Shown: piece by piece, positions 13,815-23,425 of the stretch
How positions within the stretch are numbered: the first letter of the stretch is position 1
How the letters are laid out: each line of letters starts with the position of its first letter
IMG/VR virus record: IMGVR_UViG_3300040985_001053
Span: 1 to 35,678 of that record
Reading direction: 5' to 3' (one strand)
Origin: a virus
Taxonomy: Duplodnaviria; Caudoviricetes
DNA length: 35,678 nt
Position numbers and translations under genes: made by a program
The notes under the pieces: generated by a model
Database searches by the model: none
Told to the model about the DNA's origin: nothing
The model's input: the letters and a program-made list of their open reading frames with translations, nothing else

Positions 13815-15608
13815 TTATATTGCGTATAAGACTGCATCAGAAAGCCACCGAATGGGCTTTTCCCCTGGCTGTAGTCTCTGTTTAATTAATTCAAATGGTG
13901 CTTCCCACTTCCCAAACTCTTCTTGTCTAAATAACTTCATGTCGTTGTAGTAAGGCGTTCTATCTCCCCACATCATAGAATAAAGGAAGTAAGGTAGAAC
14001 TGGAGTTATTACCCAAGTCTCTACGCCCATAGCCGCCGACAAATGACTGACAGAAGTGCAGGCAGATATAACCAAATCACAGCTATCAATCGCGGCCTTA
14101 GTATCGCCCCAATTATCCAGCGGGACTTCTTTAACCCATACTGGCCTAGCGTCTGCACCCTCATCACGTTGTAGTGAAATAAACTCTACATCCAAGCCTT
14201 TAACCGCTTCAAACATTAGCTCATAGGGAAAGGTTTTGTTGTGTTCGTGTTCAAACATTGTACCAGCTTGCCAGCGCAACCCTATTCTCTTCTTGGCAGA
14301 GCGTTCTACTCCGTCCCTGTGTATGTAGGGCTTTCCAGACAAGGCTTTAAGCTCAAGACCTAGAGGGACAACAGCCGACATACCAGCAACCCAGAAATCG
14401 TGGAATACACCAAATGCCGCTTCGTGCTGAACAACTGCGGTAACTCCCTCGACCTTAGTGAATAGTTGAACAAGCTGACCAGAGCAGGCTACCACTACGG
14501 TACATCCACGATCTGCAATATTCTTCGCGTATCGTATCTGGTGAATTTGATCGCCTAAGCCGCCTTCAAGGTTAAGCAGAACAACCCCCTTAGCCTTTCC
14601 ATCCCATTGGCTCGTTGGCACATTAGGAGGAGCGTTGCCGAATACCCCGACCTTGCGCCCTTCGTCCATTGCCTTGTAAGCGTCAAGAATCTTGCCTTGG
14701 TTATGCAAATACCAGCCGCGATTATAAACGGCTCTAAGGTTATCAGGTTCTTCGGACTGCAACTTCTCAGCCAGTCTCCATCCCTCAGTAAAATCCCCGC
14801 GCTTTCCTGCTGTCAGTTGTCGGTCTAGGTCATGCTCCACTCTAACTGTTCGTGGAGTCTCTAGCCAAAATTCAGGCTGGCAGTAGTCGTTATAGTAAGC
14901 ACCCAGCGTTATTTTTGGGTCCTCTCTAACCTGCTTTTCCAATTTGGTTTTTATGTCGTGTAGGCCAGCAACACCGTGAACAGCCTCGTCATTCTCTCTT
15001 ACCGGCTCTCCATCTATGTTATCGAAGTCATAACTAAACTCAGGCAGTTCCAGAAATTCATGGATTCTTTCCATCTCTTTCTTAGGGTCTTCGATTAGAT
15101 CATCATACTCAACAATCAGGAAGCAATCAGGGGCAAATGAAAGTCCCTTCTCTAAATTGATGTAGGATTCTTTGAGGTGACTAACCAGAGGGCTGCCCTG
15201 CATGAACTCGTCCAAGTTGTCGGGATTAGCCACCCTCACAAAACTAGCCATACACTCAGGGACAGAGCGGACAGTAGCAATGATCTTAGGCTTGCGCTCT
15301 AGCACCTGAGTCATAGCACCCATTATTTCTGGTGAGGGCCAGCCCCTAGACTTGTCGATAACTACCGGCTTCTCAGTCGTACCATAAAATGCGTCAATAG
15401 TGCCTCTCATGGTCTGGGCTAATCGCTCTCTCTTAGGGTCTGTGTCATTTAAGACACCTTCCCCCCACGCATTGACAAGACTACCCAGCGCAACTGTGAG
15501 GCCCGATGTAGTTGACACATGGGTCTCAGGATTCTGATTAAGGATAGCTGCAAGAACTGTAGAGCCAGAGCGCGGAATACCAGAGAGGAAGTGCAAAACT
15601 TTATTCAT
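13815..15608 (-). CDS. Sulfotransferase-TPR-glycosyltransferase (GT9-like) fusion protein
   Basis: 5'-PSB GIPRSGST, IDKSRGW, 3'-PB TVRSVPECMAS, IVEYDDL; TPR-like PDNLRAVYNRGW; GT part QWDG, EGGLGDQI...RY, IGLRW, FISLQ, CDLVISACTSVSHLSAAMG, PYY..MKLFRQ..GKW. Confidence 0.88.
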   Translation of the reverse strand: MNKVLHFLSGIPRSGSTVLAAILNQNPETHVSTTSGLTVALGSLVNAWGEGVLNDTDPKRERLAQTMRGTIDAFYGTTEKPVVIDKSRGWPSPEIMGAMTQVLERKPKIIATVRSVPECMASFVRVANPDNLDEFMQGSPLVSHLKESYINLEKGLSFAPDCFLIVEYDDLIEDPKKEMERIHEFLELPEFSYDFDNIDGEPVRENDEAVHGVAGLHDIKTKLEKQVREDPKITLGAYYNDYCQPEFWLETPRTVRVEHDLDRQLTAGKRGDFTEGWRLAEKLQSEEPDNLRAVYNRGWYLHNQGKILDAYKAMDEGRKVGVFGNAPPNVPTSQWDGKAKGVVLLNLEGGLGDQIHQIRYAKNIADRGCTVVVACSGQLVQLFTKVEGVTAVVQHEAAFGVFHDFWVAGMSAVVPLGLELKALSGKPYIHRDGVERSAKKRIGLRWQAGTMFEHEHNKTFPYELMFEAVKGLDVEFISLQRDEGADARPVWVKEVPLDNWGDTKAAIDSCDLVISACTSVSHLSAAMGVETWVITPVLPYFLYSMMWGDRTPYYNDMKLFRQEEFGKWEAPFELIKQRLQPGEKPIRWLSDAVLYAI

Positions 15609-16720
15609 TTAACCCCCATAGAAAAGGTCGCGCCAGCAACGGCTGACTGCCATGTAGTCAACGCCCCAACCTGCTTTGGTGAGCTGTAGTACGTTATATT
15701 TCCGAGACCAAGCTGCCCATTATTGTTCCTGCCCCAAGCCCATAACGTGCCATCTGTTTTGACAGCATTCATAAAGCTAGCACCACCACCCGTTGAAACC
15801 CATGTGGTTAACGCACCCACTTGCTTCGGTGACGAGTAGCTTGTCTGATTCCCGTGACCAAGCCCCCCGTGAGTGCCACCGCCCCAAGTCCATAGAGTGC
15901 CATCTGTTTTGACCCCAGACATATTGTTAGAGCCCGGCGACATTGTACTCCAATCAGTTTCTGCGCCTGTCTGATTGGGCGAATAAATTGGGCTTGTAAT
16001 ATTCCCTATCCCCAGCTCTCCAGACGAATTAAGGCCAAATCCCCACAACGTCTTATCTGACTTAATTGCAAAAGATACGCTTCTGGCCGAATTGGCAAAG
16101 ACACTTGCCCATGTAGTCAACGCCCCAACCTGTTTTGGTGAGGAATAACTGGTGGCATTGCCAAGGCCAAGCTGACCGCTAGAATTCAACCCCCAAGTCC
16201 ATAGAGTGCCATCTGTTTTGACCGCAATCATGTGGCCAACACCGCAAGCCACGCCAGACCAAGTAGTTAAAGCACCAACCTGCTTTGGTGAGCTGTAGTA
16301 CGTTATATTTCCGAGACCAAGCTGCCCATTATTGTTCCTGCCCCAAGTCCATAGAGTGCCATCTGTTTTGACCGCAGCAGTATTAAACCTTCCTCCAGAT
16401 ACCGTTGCCCAAGTGGTTAAAGCACCGACCTGTTTTGGTGAGGAATAACTGGTGGTGTTTCCCAAGCCAAGCATTCCGTGGTTATTAAATCCCCACCCCC
16501 ACAATGTGCCGTCTGACTTAACAGAAAAAGATGTCGTGTATGCTGGACTCACTACAGACCACGTTTCAAGCGAACCAACCTGTACAGGGGAGCTTAGATA
16601 CGTCGTGTTGCCATGGCCCAGTTTTCCGCTAGAACCATTGCCCCACGACCACAAAGCACCAACAACCCCACCACCAACAACACCTGATGCCGCCATTAAC
16701 CCTCTTCGTATGTTAGTCAT
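15605..16720 (-). CDS. RCC1-repeat seven-bladed beta-propeller (candidate receptor-binding adhesin)
   Basis: Seven ~51-aa repeats with consensus KTDGTLWxWGxNxxGQLGLGN...YSSPKQVGALTTW. Confidence 0.92.
   Translation of the reverse strand: MTNIRRGLMAASGVVGGGVVGALWSWGNGSSGKLGHGNTTYLSSPVQVGSLETWSVVSPAYTTSFSVKSDGTLWGWGFNNHGMLGLGNTTSYSSPKQVGALTTWATVSGGRFNTAAVKTDGTLWTWGRNNNGQLGLGNITYYSSPKQVGALTTWSGVACGVGHMIAVKTDGTLWTWGLNSSGQLGLGNATSYSSPKQVGALTTWASVFANSARSVSFAIKSDKTLWGFGLNSSGELGIGNITSPIYSPNQTGAETDWSTMSPGSNNMSGVKTDGTLWTWGGGTHGGLGHGNQTSYSSPKQVGALTTWVSTGGGASFMNAVKTDGTLWAWGRNNNGQLGLGNITYYSSPKQVGALTTWQSAVAGATFSMGVK
15666..16347. repeat. Perfect 73-bp direct repeat (15666-15738 and 16275-16347) between RCC1 blades
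   Basis: Base-by-base identity of CCAACCTGCT...GCCCCAAG; offset 609 bp, in frame. Confidence 0.9.
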
Positions 16721-17163
16721 TATTTAGAGTCCGTAATAGAGATTGCGCCGTGAAAAATCGTACCGCCATTAATTGTGAAAAAAGTTAATACATCGGTTCC
16801 TGATGCCGTCAGTGTCGGAGCGGTTCCACCAGCCCAATCGACTGAGGCAGGCCAGTTGACTGTTTGAGATCCACCGTTGACCAAGGTCAAAACAAAGCCA
16901 CTCATCTCATCAGAGGCAGTTGCGTTGCTAAAAACAAAAGTTGTCTCTGATGTATCCACTGTAGCGGAAATTGAGTTCCCCAGTGTGAGATCCAAAGTTT
17001 GACTTCCTCCACCAACAGATCCAATCGCATTAGTCACCTCACCGTAATCAATAAGATTAATCCGCGAGACTTGCTTGTCAGCACCGTTGAGGTTTCCACC
17101 CAGCTCAGGGGTTGTGTCATCAACCAGTGCCTCAATTCCTTTTATATCCGATACAGTACCCAT
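16720..17163 (-). CDS. Short tail-fibre protein, paralogue of the fibre C-terminal domain
   Basis: DTTPELGGNLN motif, then about 115 aa nearly identical to the C-terminus of 17174..18115. Confidence 0.8.
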   Translation of the reverse strand: MGTVSDIKGIEALVDDTTPELGGNLNGADKQVSRINLIDYGEVTNAIGSVGGGSQTLDLTLGNSISATVDTSETTFVFSNATASDEMSGFVLTLVNGGSQTVNWPASVDWAGGTAPTLTASGTDVLTFFTINGGTIFHGAISITDSK

Positions 17164-17485
17164 GATAAACCCCTTAACTCATATTTAATGCGGCAACAAA
17201 GCCATTCCAGATCGTTCCACCATCCACAGTCTCAAAGACCAATACATCAACCCCGCTGGCGGTCAAGGTTGGGGCCGTTGCTCCAGCAAAATCCACGCTC
17301 GCGGGCCAGTTCACAGTCTGCGATCCACCGTTTGTTAAATAAAGCGTAAAGCCGCAAAGCTCATCCGATGCTGTTGCGTTGCTAAAAACAAAAGTTGTCT
17401 CTGATGTATCCACTGTAGCGGTCACGCTATTCCCCAGCGTGAGATCCAAAGTTTGACTTCCTCCACCAACAGATCCAATCGCATT
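16919..17485. repeat. Duplicated fibre-domain coding sequence
   Basis: Identical blocks 16919-16967/17373-17421 (49 bp) and 16985-17031/17439-17485 (47 bp), offset 454 bp. Confidence 0.9.
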
Positions 17486-18115
17486 CGTTATCTCACCATA
17501 ATCCTGTAAATTAATGCGCTTGATCGTCTGATCATAACCAATAACCGGACCCCACTTAGTAGGGCTAGACGATGGGGTATTGCCAGTGTTCGCAGCAGAA
17601 AGGCTGACCCACATCGAGGCTCCAGCAACCACAACAATATCATCAATACCATAAGTCTGATTAGCATTGTAAACGCCAGTTAGCTTAATCTCTGACCAGT
17701 AAGTGGGAGATGTGAGGGGGTCATTACCCGCATTGCTTGCCTGAATCGAAAGATAATACAGGCCATCTGAGCCAGTCACGATATTATCGCCGCCATCACC
17801 ATAAACCAGACTCGATGACCAGTTATCAAATACACCACCCAAGGATGACCCAACATCATCGGCCTGGTCAATCTGGTTACCATTCCTATCCTTCAGAACG
17901 ATGTCGTAATTACCGTCCAACCAGATGTTAGGAATCACACCGCCAGCACTCAATATAACCGGGTTAGCGTTGGCCGTGGTCAGCAAGGAATCTGAATAAG
18001 TATCCTTCCTTGTTACAGTGGATCCAGCCTCAAAGAAATCAATAGTTCCACTAGGCAATAGCGCCCCCGTGTCATTAAAGAACCTGGGGAATGGATTTGC
18101 GAATCTTTTTGCCAT
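17174..18115 (-). CDS. Tail fibre with virion-attachment N-terminus and two CBM5/12-like modules
   Basis: FFNDTG..LPSGTI.FFEAGS....DTYSD...NANPVIL...G (podovirus head-binding-like); W...Y.....V..DG.YY.S..N.GNDP..SP.YW modules. Confidence 0.8.
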   Translation of the reverse strand: MAKRFANPFPRFFNDTGALLPSGTIDFFEAGSTVTRKDTYSDSLLTTANANPVILSAGGVIPNIWLDGNYDIVLKDRNGNQIDQADDVGSSLGGVFDNWSSSLVYGDGGDNIVTGSDGLYYLSIQASNAGNDPLTSPTYWSEIKLTGVYNANQTYGIDDIVVVAGASMWVSLSAANTGNTPSSSPTKWGPVIGYDQTIKRINLQDYGEITNAIGSVGGGSQTLDLTLGNSVTATVDTSETTFVFSNATASDELCGFTLYLTNGGSQTVNWPASVDFAGATAPTLTASGVDVLVFETVDGGTIWNGFVAALNMS

Positions 18116-18117
18116 GC

Positions 18118-20487
18118 TTAATCCTCTGCAAAATATTGCTCTATTTCTTCAAAGTTAGACCGAGTGAAATAGTCAGCCACCCCAGCAGAAAGTATTCTCT
18201 CTGGCGAGGGATTTGGGAGCGAGGCTGTCGCTCTTCTTCCTAGCTCAAGTATCCCGTTTTTAACACTTTCAGACGCGCCCTCGTACCATGATTCAAACTC
18301 GCTTGATTTGAGTAAGTCATTGGCCGCGCCAGATATTGGACTCCCCTCAGAACCATTAATAACCATTCGTCTAAAATCTTTGTTTCTCAGCAAGTCCGAA
18401 ATCTTATTTAGGGCATCTTCTCTGCTTGGAGCGCCAGTCAATAGATCAAAGACGCTAGACGCAACACTTCCCCCCAGCCCAATAATCCCCCCGCGATTTT
18501 TAGCACCCCCAAAAAGGCGAGAAACCAAGCCGCCAGGCTTATCAAAGTTATCAACAAACTCCACTATTCTCCCGTTCATCGGTTGCCTCTGGATACTTCT
18601 CTGAAGGCTGCCGCCCAGCCTTGCAACATCATCAAAAAACCTTAACTGATCTGGCTGTAGGTACTCAGAAACCAATCCAAAAACCTTTGAATCAGACTTA
18701 ACCTGCCTCCACCAATTTGGGAAATAGGACAGAGACATTGCAAACTCTTTATCTACATCAGAAGATCTGGCGTTTTTCTGCATCATTGATTTTAGTGCAG
18801 TAATCATAGCTTGTGGACGAAGCTCTTCGGGAATTGCATTAATTTTATCTTCAAAAACTTTGATATTCCCGCGAGCGACATTCGCAAGACTTTGCTCTAG
18901 CTTAGGCATAATATCATTAGACAAATCTTTTCCTAGCGCCCTTATGGATATTTCCTCAAGCTGTTTCCTTTGTTGGACCAAGCCCTTAGCAGCACCCCAT
19001 ATTTCAGGCGCTCTATCGCCAACAATCCCCTCTAGTGCTTGGTTTTGCTGTCTAGTAATAACATCATATAGTTGGCCTAATGATCTTACATCTGTGTCTG
19101 GATAAGGGTTAGACCCTCTTAATGCCGCAGCATATTGCTCGCCAGTGGTGCGCCTTAATCTGTCAAGCGCCTCATAGGTAATACCATTAGGGTCAGTTAC
19201 CTGATTCAAGACGTTCCTAATTCCAGTTGGCATGGCCTGAGAGCCTGGATATGCTTTTGCCAACTGCTCCGTATAAGACTGGAGAATAGGAGTATCAATA
19301 ACTTGATATTTACCACCAAATCTATCAACCGCCTTATCCAAAGCCTTGTATAAATAATTAGACTGCTCAGAAAGGTCAGCTATATCAGCTTGGATGCTGG
19401 TTCTTATCCTATCATCAAAACCACCGCGAGAAGCCGCCGCGCCATATTCATCGAGCCTTCTAGCAACATTCTCTGACAGGGCTAACACAGAGTCCGCTTG
19501 ATCGTCAGCCAAATCAGACCCTAATCGGGCTGTAAGCCCCGCCTGAACCGCTACAAACTGATCATTTGCAGATAGCGCACTTAGAGGAACATCTTGCTCA
19601 ACTCCAAGCCTTTGAGCCGACTCTACTAACTGAGGGTCTGCCTCTACCGTTTCGGCAGCCCTAGAAAGACGGGTAGGTTGGCCGCTAATTGCCGCCTCTC
19701 CAACCTCTTCAATAACGCCCCTCATGTCTGTATCTACAGGCGCACCTCTTCCGAAAAGGTTTTTTGTAGCTCTATAGCCTGCCGGGATTAAATCTCCAGC
19801 AACAGAAAACGCCATCTCGGACGCAACCTCCAAAGGGTTAAATTCTCCACCCATTGCTTCTTGGCCTGCTTGTATTGCGGTCTGAAGCCCTCCGCCAACA
19901 ACAGCTCTTACAGGCCATGTGACGGGGCCAGCAGCAGGGGCCATTGAAGTCACAGCCCCCAACAGTTGAAGCGCATCGGTAACACTTGCGCCGGGCTTGT
20001 TGATCGATACAACTTTATTCGTCTTTCTGTTTACAGCAAAGAACTCACCCTCTGGGGATTGCACCACCCCGATATTTGGGTCTTGCTCCATCAATATCTT
20101 ACCGAACTCCCAAGGATCAAAGGCTGTCAACCCAGCCGCCGCAGTAGAAAATTCCTGAAATCCTTGGCCCGCTCTCTCCAACAAACCAGCATCGTCAGAG
20201 GGTGGGGTCATAATCCCCCTAACGCCCGTCCTCGATATTTCGGGAGCATTAGCAAAAGCAGACCTGCGCTCATTGGCATAAATAGCCGACTCAGTAAGCG
20301 GACGCACTCTATCTATCGCAGCCTGCTGTCTTGACTGAATATCATCAGGCAGTGGAGGGCCAGAAATATCACTCGCAGGAATGTCCCCAGCACCAACGAT
20401 AGACACTTCAGCACGTTGCTGCATCGCCGCCCTAGTTCGATCTATGGCCTCCCTCTGCCTTCTTTCTCTTTCTTGCTCGTCTGCCAT
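18118..20487 (-). CDS. Large ejection / DNA-transfer protein (P22 gp16-like position)
   Basis: 789-aa helical protein, INKPGAS..DA.Q motif followed by a Gly/Ala hydrophobic segment; last gene before the fibre. Confidence 0.7.
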   Translation of the reverse strand: MADEQERERRQREAIDRTRAAMQQRAEVSIVGAGDIPASDISGPPLPDDIQSRQQAAIDRVRPLTESAIYANERRSAFANAPEISRTGVRGIMTPPSDDAGLLERAGQGFQEFSTAAAGLTAFDPWEFGKILMEQDPNIGVVQSPEGEFFAVNRKTNKVVSINKPGASVTDALQLLGAVTSMAPAAGPVTWPVRAVVGGGLQTAIQAGQEAMGGEFNPLEVASEMAFSVAGDLIPAGYRATKNLFGRGAPVDTDMRGVIEEVGEAAISGQPTRLSRAAETVEADPQLVESAQRLGVEQDVPLSALSANDQFVAVQAGLTARLGSDLADDQADSVLALSENVARRLDEYGAAASRGGFDDRIRTSIQADIADLSEQSNYLYKALDKAVDRFGGKYQVIDTPILQSYTEQLAKAYPGSQAMPTGIRNVLNQVTDPNGITYEALDRLRRTTGEQYAAALRGSNPYPDTDVRSLGQLYDVITRQQNQALEGIVGDRAPEIWGAAKGLVQQRKQLEEISIRALGKDLSNDIMPKLEQSLANVARGNIKVFEDKINAIPEELRPQAMITALKSMMQKNARSSDVDKEFAMSLSYFPNWWRQVKSDSKVFGLVSEYLQPDQLRFFDDVARLGGSLQRSIQRQPMNGRIVEFVDNFDKPGGLVSRLFGGAKNRGGIIGLGGSVASSVFDLLTGAPSREDALNKISDLLRNKDFRRMVINGSEGSPISGAANDLLKSSEFESWYEGASESVKNGILELGRRATASLPNPSPERILSAGVADYFTRSNFEEIEQYFAED

Positions 20488-20495
20488 GTCATTTC

Positions 20496-21677
20496 CTACC
20501 GGAAAGCCGCCTTTTCTTCAGGGGTCATTAGTTTCCACATATCTGCCCATATCTCATCAGGGGTATCAAGAGGGTTTGGTGGTATAGCGTCAACACCAAG
20601 ATCGCTCATTATCGTATTTATAGACTGCATTCTTCTGGAGTCTTGATTGAAATATGAACTAATCATGCTCTCGCTTGCATCGTAGTTGTTAGCTCTATTC
20701 TCTAAATCTTTGTAGGAGTTCAAGGTGGTCGGAAGACTTGACCCTGTAATATTTCTTGCGACACTCATTAGGTTATCAACACTGAAAACCTCTGGGTTCT
20801 GAGGGTCAAATATCTGCAATAAATCTTCCTTGTCAAATCCCTTTCCTGTCAAAAATTCATAAATCATACCCGCGCTAGTATTAGCCCCTGCCATCTGCCT
20901 AGCATCATTGTCAGTAACAACACCGGGGGATATCAACCTTGCCACGTTCATAATGCCAGCATTGATCGCTGATCTATTCCCGCCCCTCATGTCCGCCTCT
21001 AAGCTAGTGACCTTGTTATAAGCGTTTATTATTTCATCCGCACTCTTATCAACCGCCGTCACAGCTGCCCTTATTTCCGCTCTAACACTTGGGCCATCTG
21101 GGTCAATGCCTACAATATCGGGAAATACAGGCTCTCCACTATCAACGTATCTCTGTATTCCATCTCGGCCTTGAAGAATTTCCCTATCCTCCTCAGAACC
21201 AAAGCCCATAGCATCCCAGCCCTTAACACTTGTCTCTAGGGTTTCGGTAGCCTGTTTTTGTGCTTCTGGAGACCCAGCCATAGCCGCACGGGTTAGCAAG
21301 TCAAGAACTCGCAAGCCCTCAACATCGACACCCAGGTCAGTAAGCATTGGTCGCGCAGCCCTGATAAGTTCGGCCATCTCGCCCCATTGTCCTGCTTTGG
21401 CAAAAGCTAAACCCTGTCTAGCAAGGCTTGATTGATATCCCGCAACCCTTTCCTGCTGCTGCTGATTTCTATCGGCCTCTGCTCTCTGCCTATCCTCTTG
21501 GGCATACACATCCTGCTGCTGCTGCCGAACCTGCTGATCCTGATACCGTTGCTCTTGCTGTGCTAGCTGCTGCTTCTGGTTCTGCACCTGCTGAAACTGA
21601 GGCATCGTCCCACTCATTCCAGCGCCAAACGCCTGAAGTGCTAGACCTATATTCTGCGCTCTACTTTGTCCTGGCAT
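20496..21677 (-). CDS. Ejection protein (gp20-like position)
   Basis: Amphipathic N-terminus IGLALQAFGAGMSG, Gln-rich coiled coil, ISPGVVTDND; start set to ATG 21677 with GAGGT SD. Confidence 0.65.
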   Translation of the reverse strand: MPGQSRAQNIGLALQAFGAGMSGTMPQFQQVQNQKQQLAQQEQRYQDQQVRQQQQDVYAQEDRQRAEADRNQQQQERVAGYQSSLARQGLAFAKAGQWGEMAELIRAARPMLTDLGVDVEGLRVLDLLTRAAMAGSPEAQKQATETLETSVKGWDAMGFGSEEDREILQGRDGIQRYVDSGEPVFPDIVGIDPDGPSVRAEIRAAVTAVDKSADEIINAYNKVTSLEADMRGGNRSAINAGIMNVARLISPGVVTDNDARQMAGANTSAGMIYEFLTGKGFDKEDLLQIFDPQNPEVFSVDNLMSVARNITGSSLPTTLNSYKDLENRANNYDASESMISSYFNQDSRRMQSINTIMSDLGVDAIPPNPLDTPDEIWADMWKLMTPEEKAAFR

Positions 21678-21679
21678 GA

Positions 21680-23425
21680 TTACCTCACCCAATCAGGTTG
21701 TGAATCGTATACTGGCGCACCGCCGCCATTTGATTGACCGCTATTGATAGCGTCATAAACGCCACCCGCCGCTGATGCTATGTTCGCATAGTCTCTAGCA
21801 TAGTTAGTCGTAGCACCAGGTATGATCGGCATACCAGACGCATTAGAAGCAGACTGCGTGGCTAAATTAGCCAACATCCTGCCCAACTCAATCCTAGCAT
21901 TAATATCGCCGCTAGTTGCCGAGGCTATTAGACCCTGTACCTGTTGCGCCTGAGCGCCCGTTAGGTCTGCCATGCCAGAACCCTGCTGAGAGGATAGATT
22001 GGCAAGGCTAGTGGACGTACCACCAATAATGCCCTGTATGTCTCTGCCAGCCTGTTGCCTGTAATCTGCAAGCCTACTACCAACACCAAGGGGAATGCTT
22101 GCCGCAACCTGACCTATGCCAGACTCCAGACCCGCCTGATTCTGTCGCAATGCAGAAAGCCCCGTCCCGTAGTTGTTCATCATGTTAGCGCCGAACTGAC
22201 CCAGACCTGAAGTAACCCCAGCCTGTTGACCGTATAGCTGACCCTGCTGACCAGCTAACTGACCCTGCAAACTAGCCTGTTGTCCAGATAACTGACCCTG
22301 TTGAGCGCCTAGCTGCGAGGTAATGTTCGCCCCTGTCTGAGCAAGCTGAGAGTTCAAGCCAGCCTGTTGACCAGATAATTGTGAAGTTATCCCCGCAGAT
22401 GTAGCACCAGCACTCAGCCCACGGTTGGCAATCTCGCCTAGCTGACCCGTCTGCCTAGTGAGGTCTTGTAGCGCCAAACCCTGACCATAATTGACCAGTT
22501 CACGCTTAACATTACCACCACCCAAGCCGCCAGTAGCCGCTGAATTTCTCAGTAACGCCCTCTCACCCTGTTCTCGCAAGAAAGCCTGACCTGGTGACTC
22601 CCTGAAATCATCATAAGCCTGTTGCTGTGCCGCCGCACCTCTAGCACCAGAAAAGGCAGACTGAAGACCGCCAGCCTGTACACCTTGATTAACAAATGGG
22701 GTGAGTTGTTCAGTAGAGGCATAGCCCTTATCGAACATCCCGCCTAGAGCGCCCTGAGTCGCATCAATTCGCCCAAGAGCATTTGTTTCTGCTGTCTGGA
22801 GTGCGCTAATACCTGAGCCTATCGTATTGCCAACACCAGTAGAGGCGCTGGTTAGCGCATTCTGACCTGCGGAATATGAGGTATTTATATCGCTCAAAGC
22901 ACCGCTAAGAATGCCCAAACTGCCCTGCAACCCCGTATAAAGAGAGTTAGCGCCTTGGTTGTACCTGTTATCGATAGTCCCAAGAGTATTGCCTAAGATA
23001 CCTAGACTAGAATTTGCCCCTGTATTTAGCGCATTAGTAGCCCCAGAGAGGCCATAGGTCGCGGGAGTTCCCCTAGCACCCTGAGTCGCACTTGGAACCC
23101 CTCTCGCCGCATAAGCCGCCTGAGCCTCCGCTAAGGGAATGCCATAGTGTTGGGCCGCTTCCTCTATCGTTACCGTACCGTTATCAATCAGGGCAGCTAT
23201 CCGATCCTGCTCGTTTTGGCTGTAAGTCCCGTCAGAGGGAATCTGTAAACGGCCAAGCAGAGTAGAAGCCTGCGGGACACCAAAGCCGCCCCCAATAGTC
23301 ATGTTGTCAACACCCGAACCAGCATAATTGCCATTGACCGGACCCATCCCCGCGCCTGCGGTTCCATTAATTGTTGGCTGACCATAACCTGGAGGCAGTG
23401 GCTGCCCCAATGCTGCTAATGGCAT
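21680..23425 (-). CDS. Gly/Gln/Ala-rich ejection protein
   Basis: LTPFVNQG, F.ESPGQAF..EQGE.A..R.SAATGGLGGGNV.RELVNYGQGLA.Q block of P22 gp7-like DNA-transfer proteins, embedded in long GQ repeats. Confidence 0.7.
   Translation of the reverse strand: MPLAALGQPLPPGYGQPTINGTAGAGMGPVNGNYAGSGVDNMTIGGGFGVPQASTLLGRLQIPSDGTYSQNEQDRIAALIDNGTVTIEEAAQHYGIPLAEAQAAYAARGVPSATQGARGTPATYGLSGATNALNTGANSSLGILGNTLGTIDNRYNQGANSLYTGLQGSLGILSGALSDINTSYSAGQNALTSASTGVGNTIGSGISALQTAETNALGRIDATQGALGGMFDKGYASTEQLTPFVNQGVQAGGLQSAFSGARGAAAQQQAYDDFRESPGQAFLREQGERALLRNSAATGGLGGGNVKRELVNYGQGLALQDLTRQTGQLGEIANRGLSAGATSAGITSQLSGQQAGLNSQLAQTGANITSQLGAQQGQLSGQQASLQGQLAGQQGQLYGQQAGVTSGLGQFGANMMNNYGTGLSALRQNQAGLESGIGQVAASIPLGVGSRLADYRQQAGRDIQGIIGGTSTSLANLSSQQGSGMADLTGAQAQQVQGLIASATSGDINARIELGRMLANLATQSASNASGMPIIPGATTNYARDYANIASAAGGVYDAINSGQSNGGGAPVYDSQPDWVR

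Noticed and set aside
15605-16720. CRISPR-like periodic repeats
   Set aside because: The period is about 153 bp, in frame, and is explained by RCC1 protein repeats; no cas genes are present.
15605-17530. Diversity-generating retroelement (TR/VR pair) suggested by near-identical repeats in tail genes
   Set aside because: No reverse transcriptase in the window, all copies lie in coding frames, and mismatches are not confined to adenines.
18308-20646. Several plus-strand ORFs of 68-122 aa
   Set aside because: They are antisense shadows of long minus-strand genes, with no recognisable motifs.
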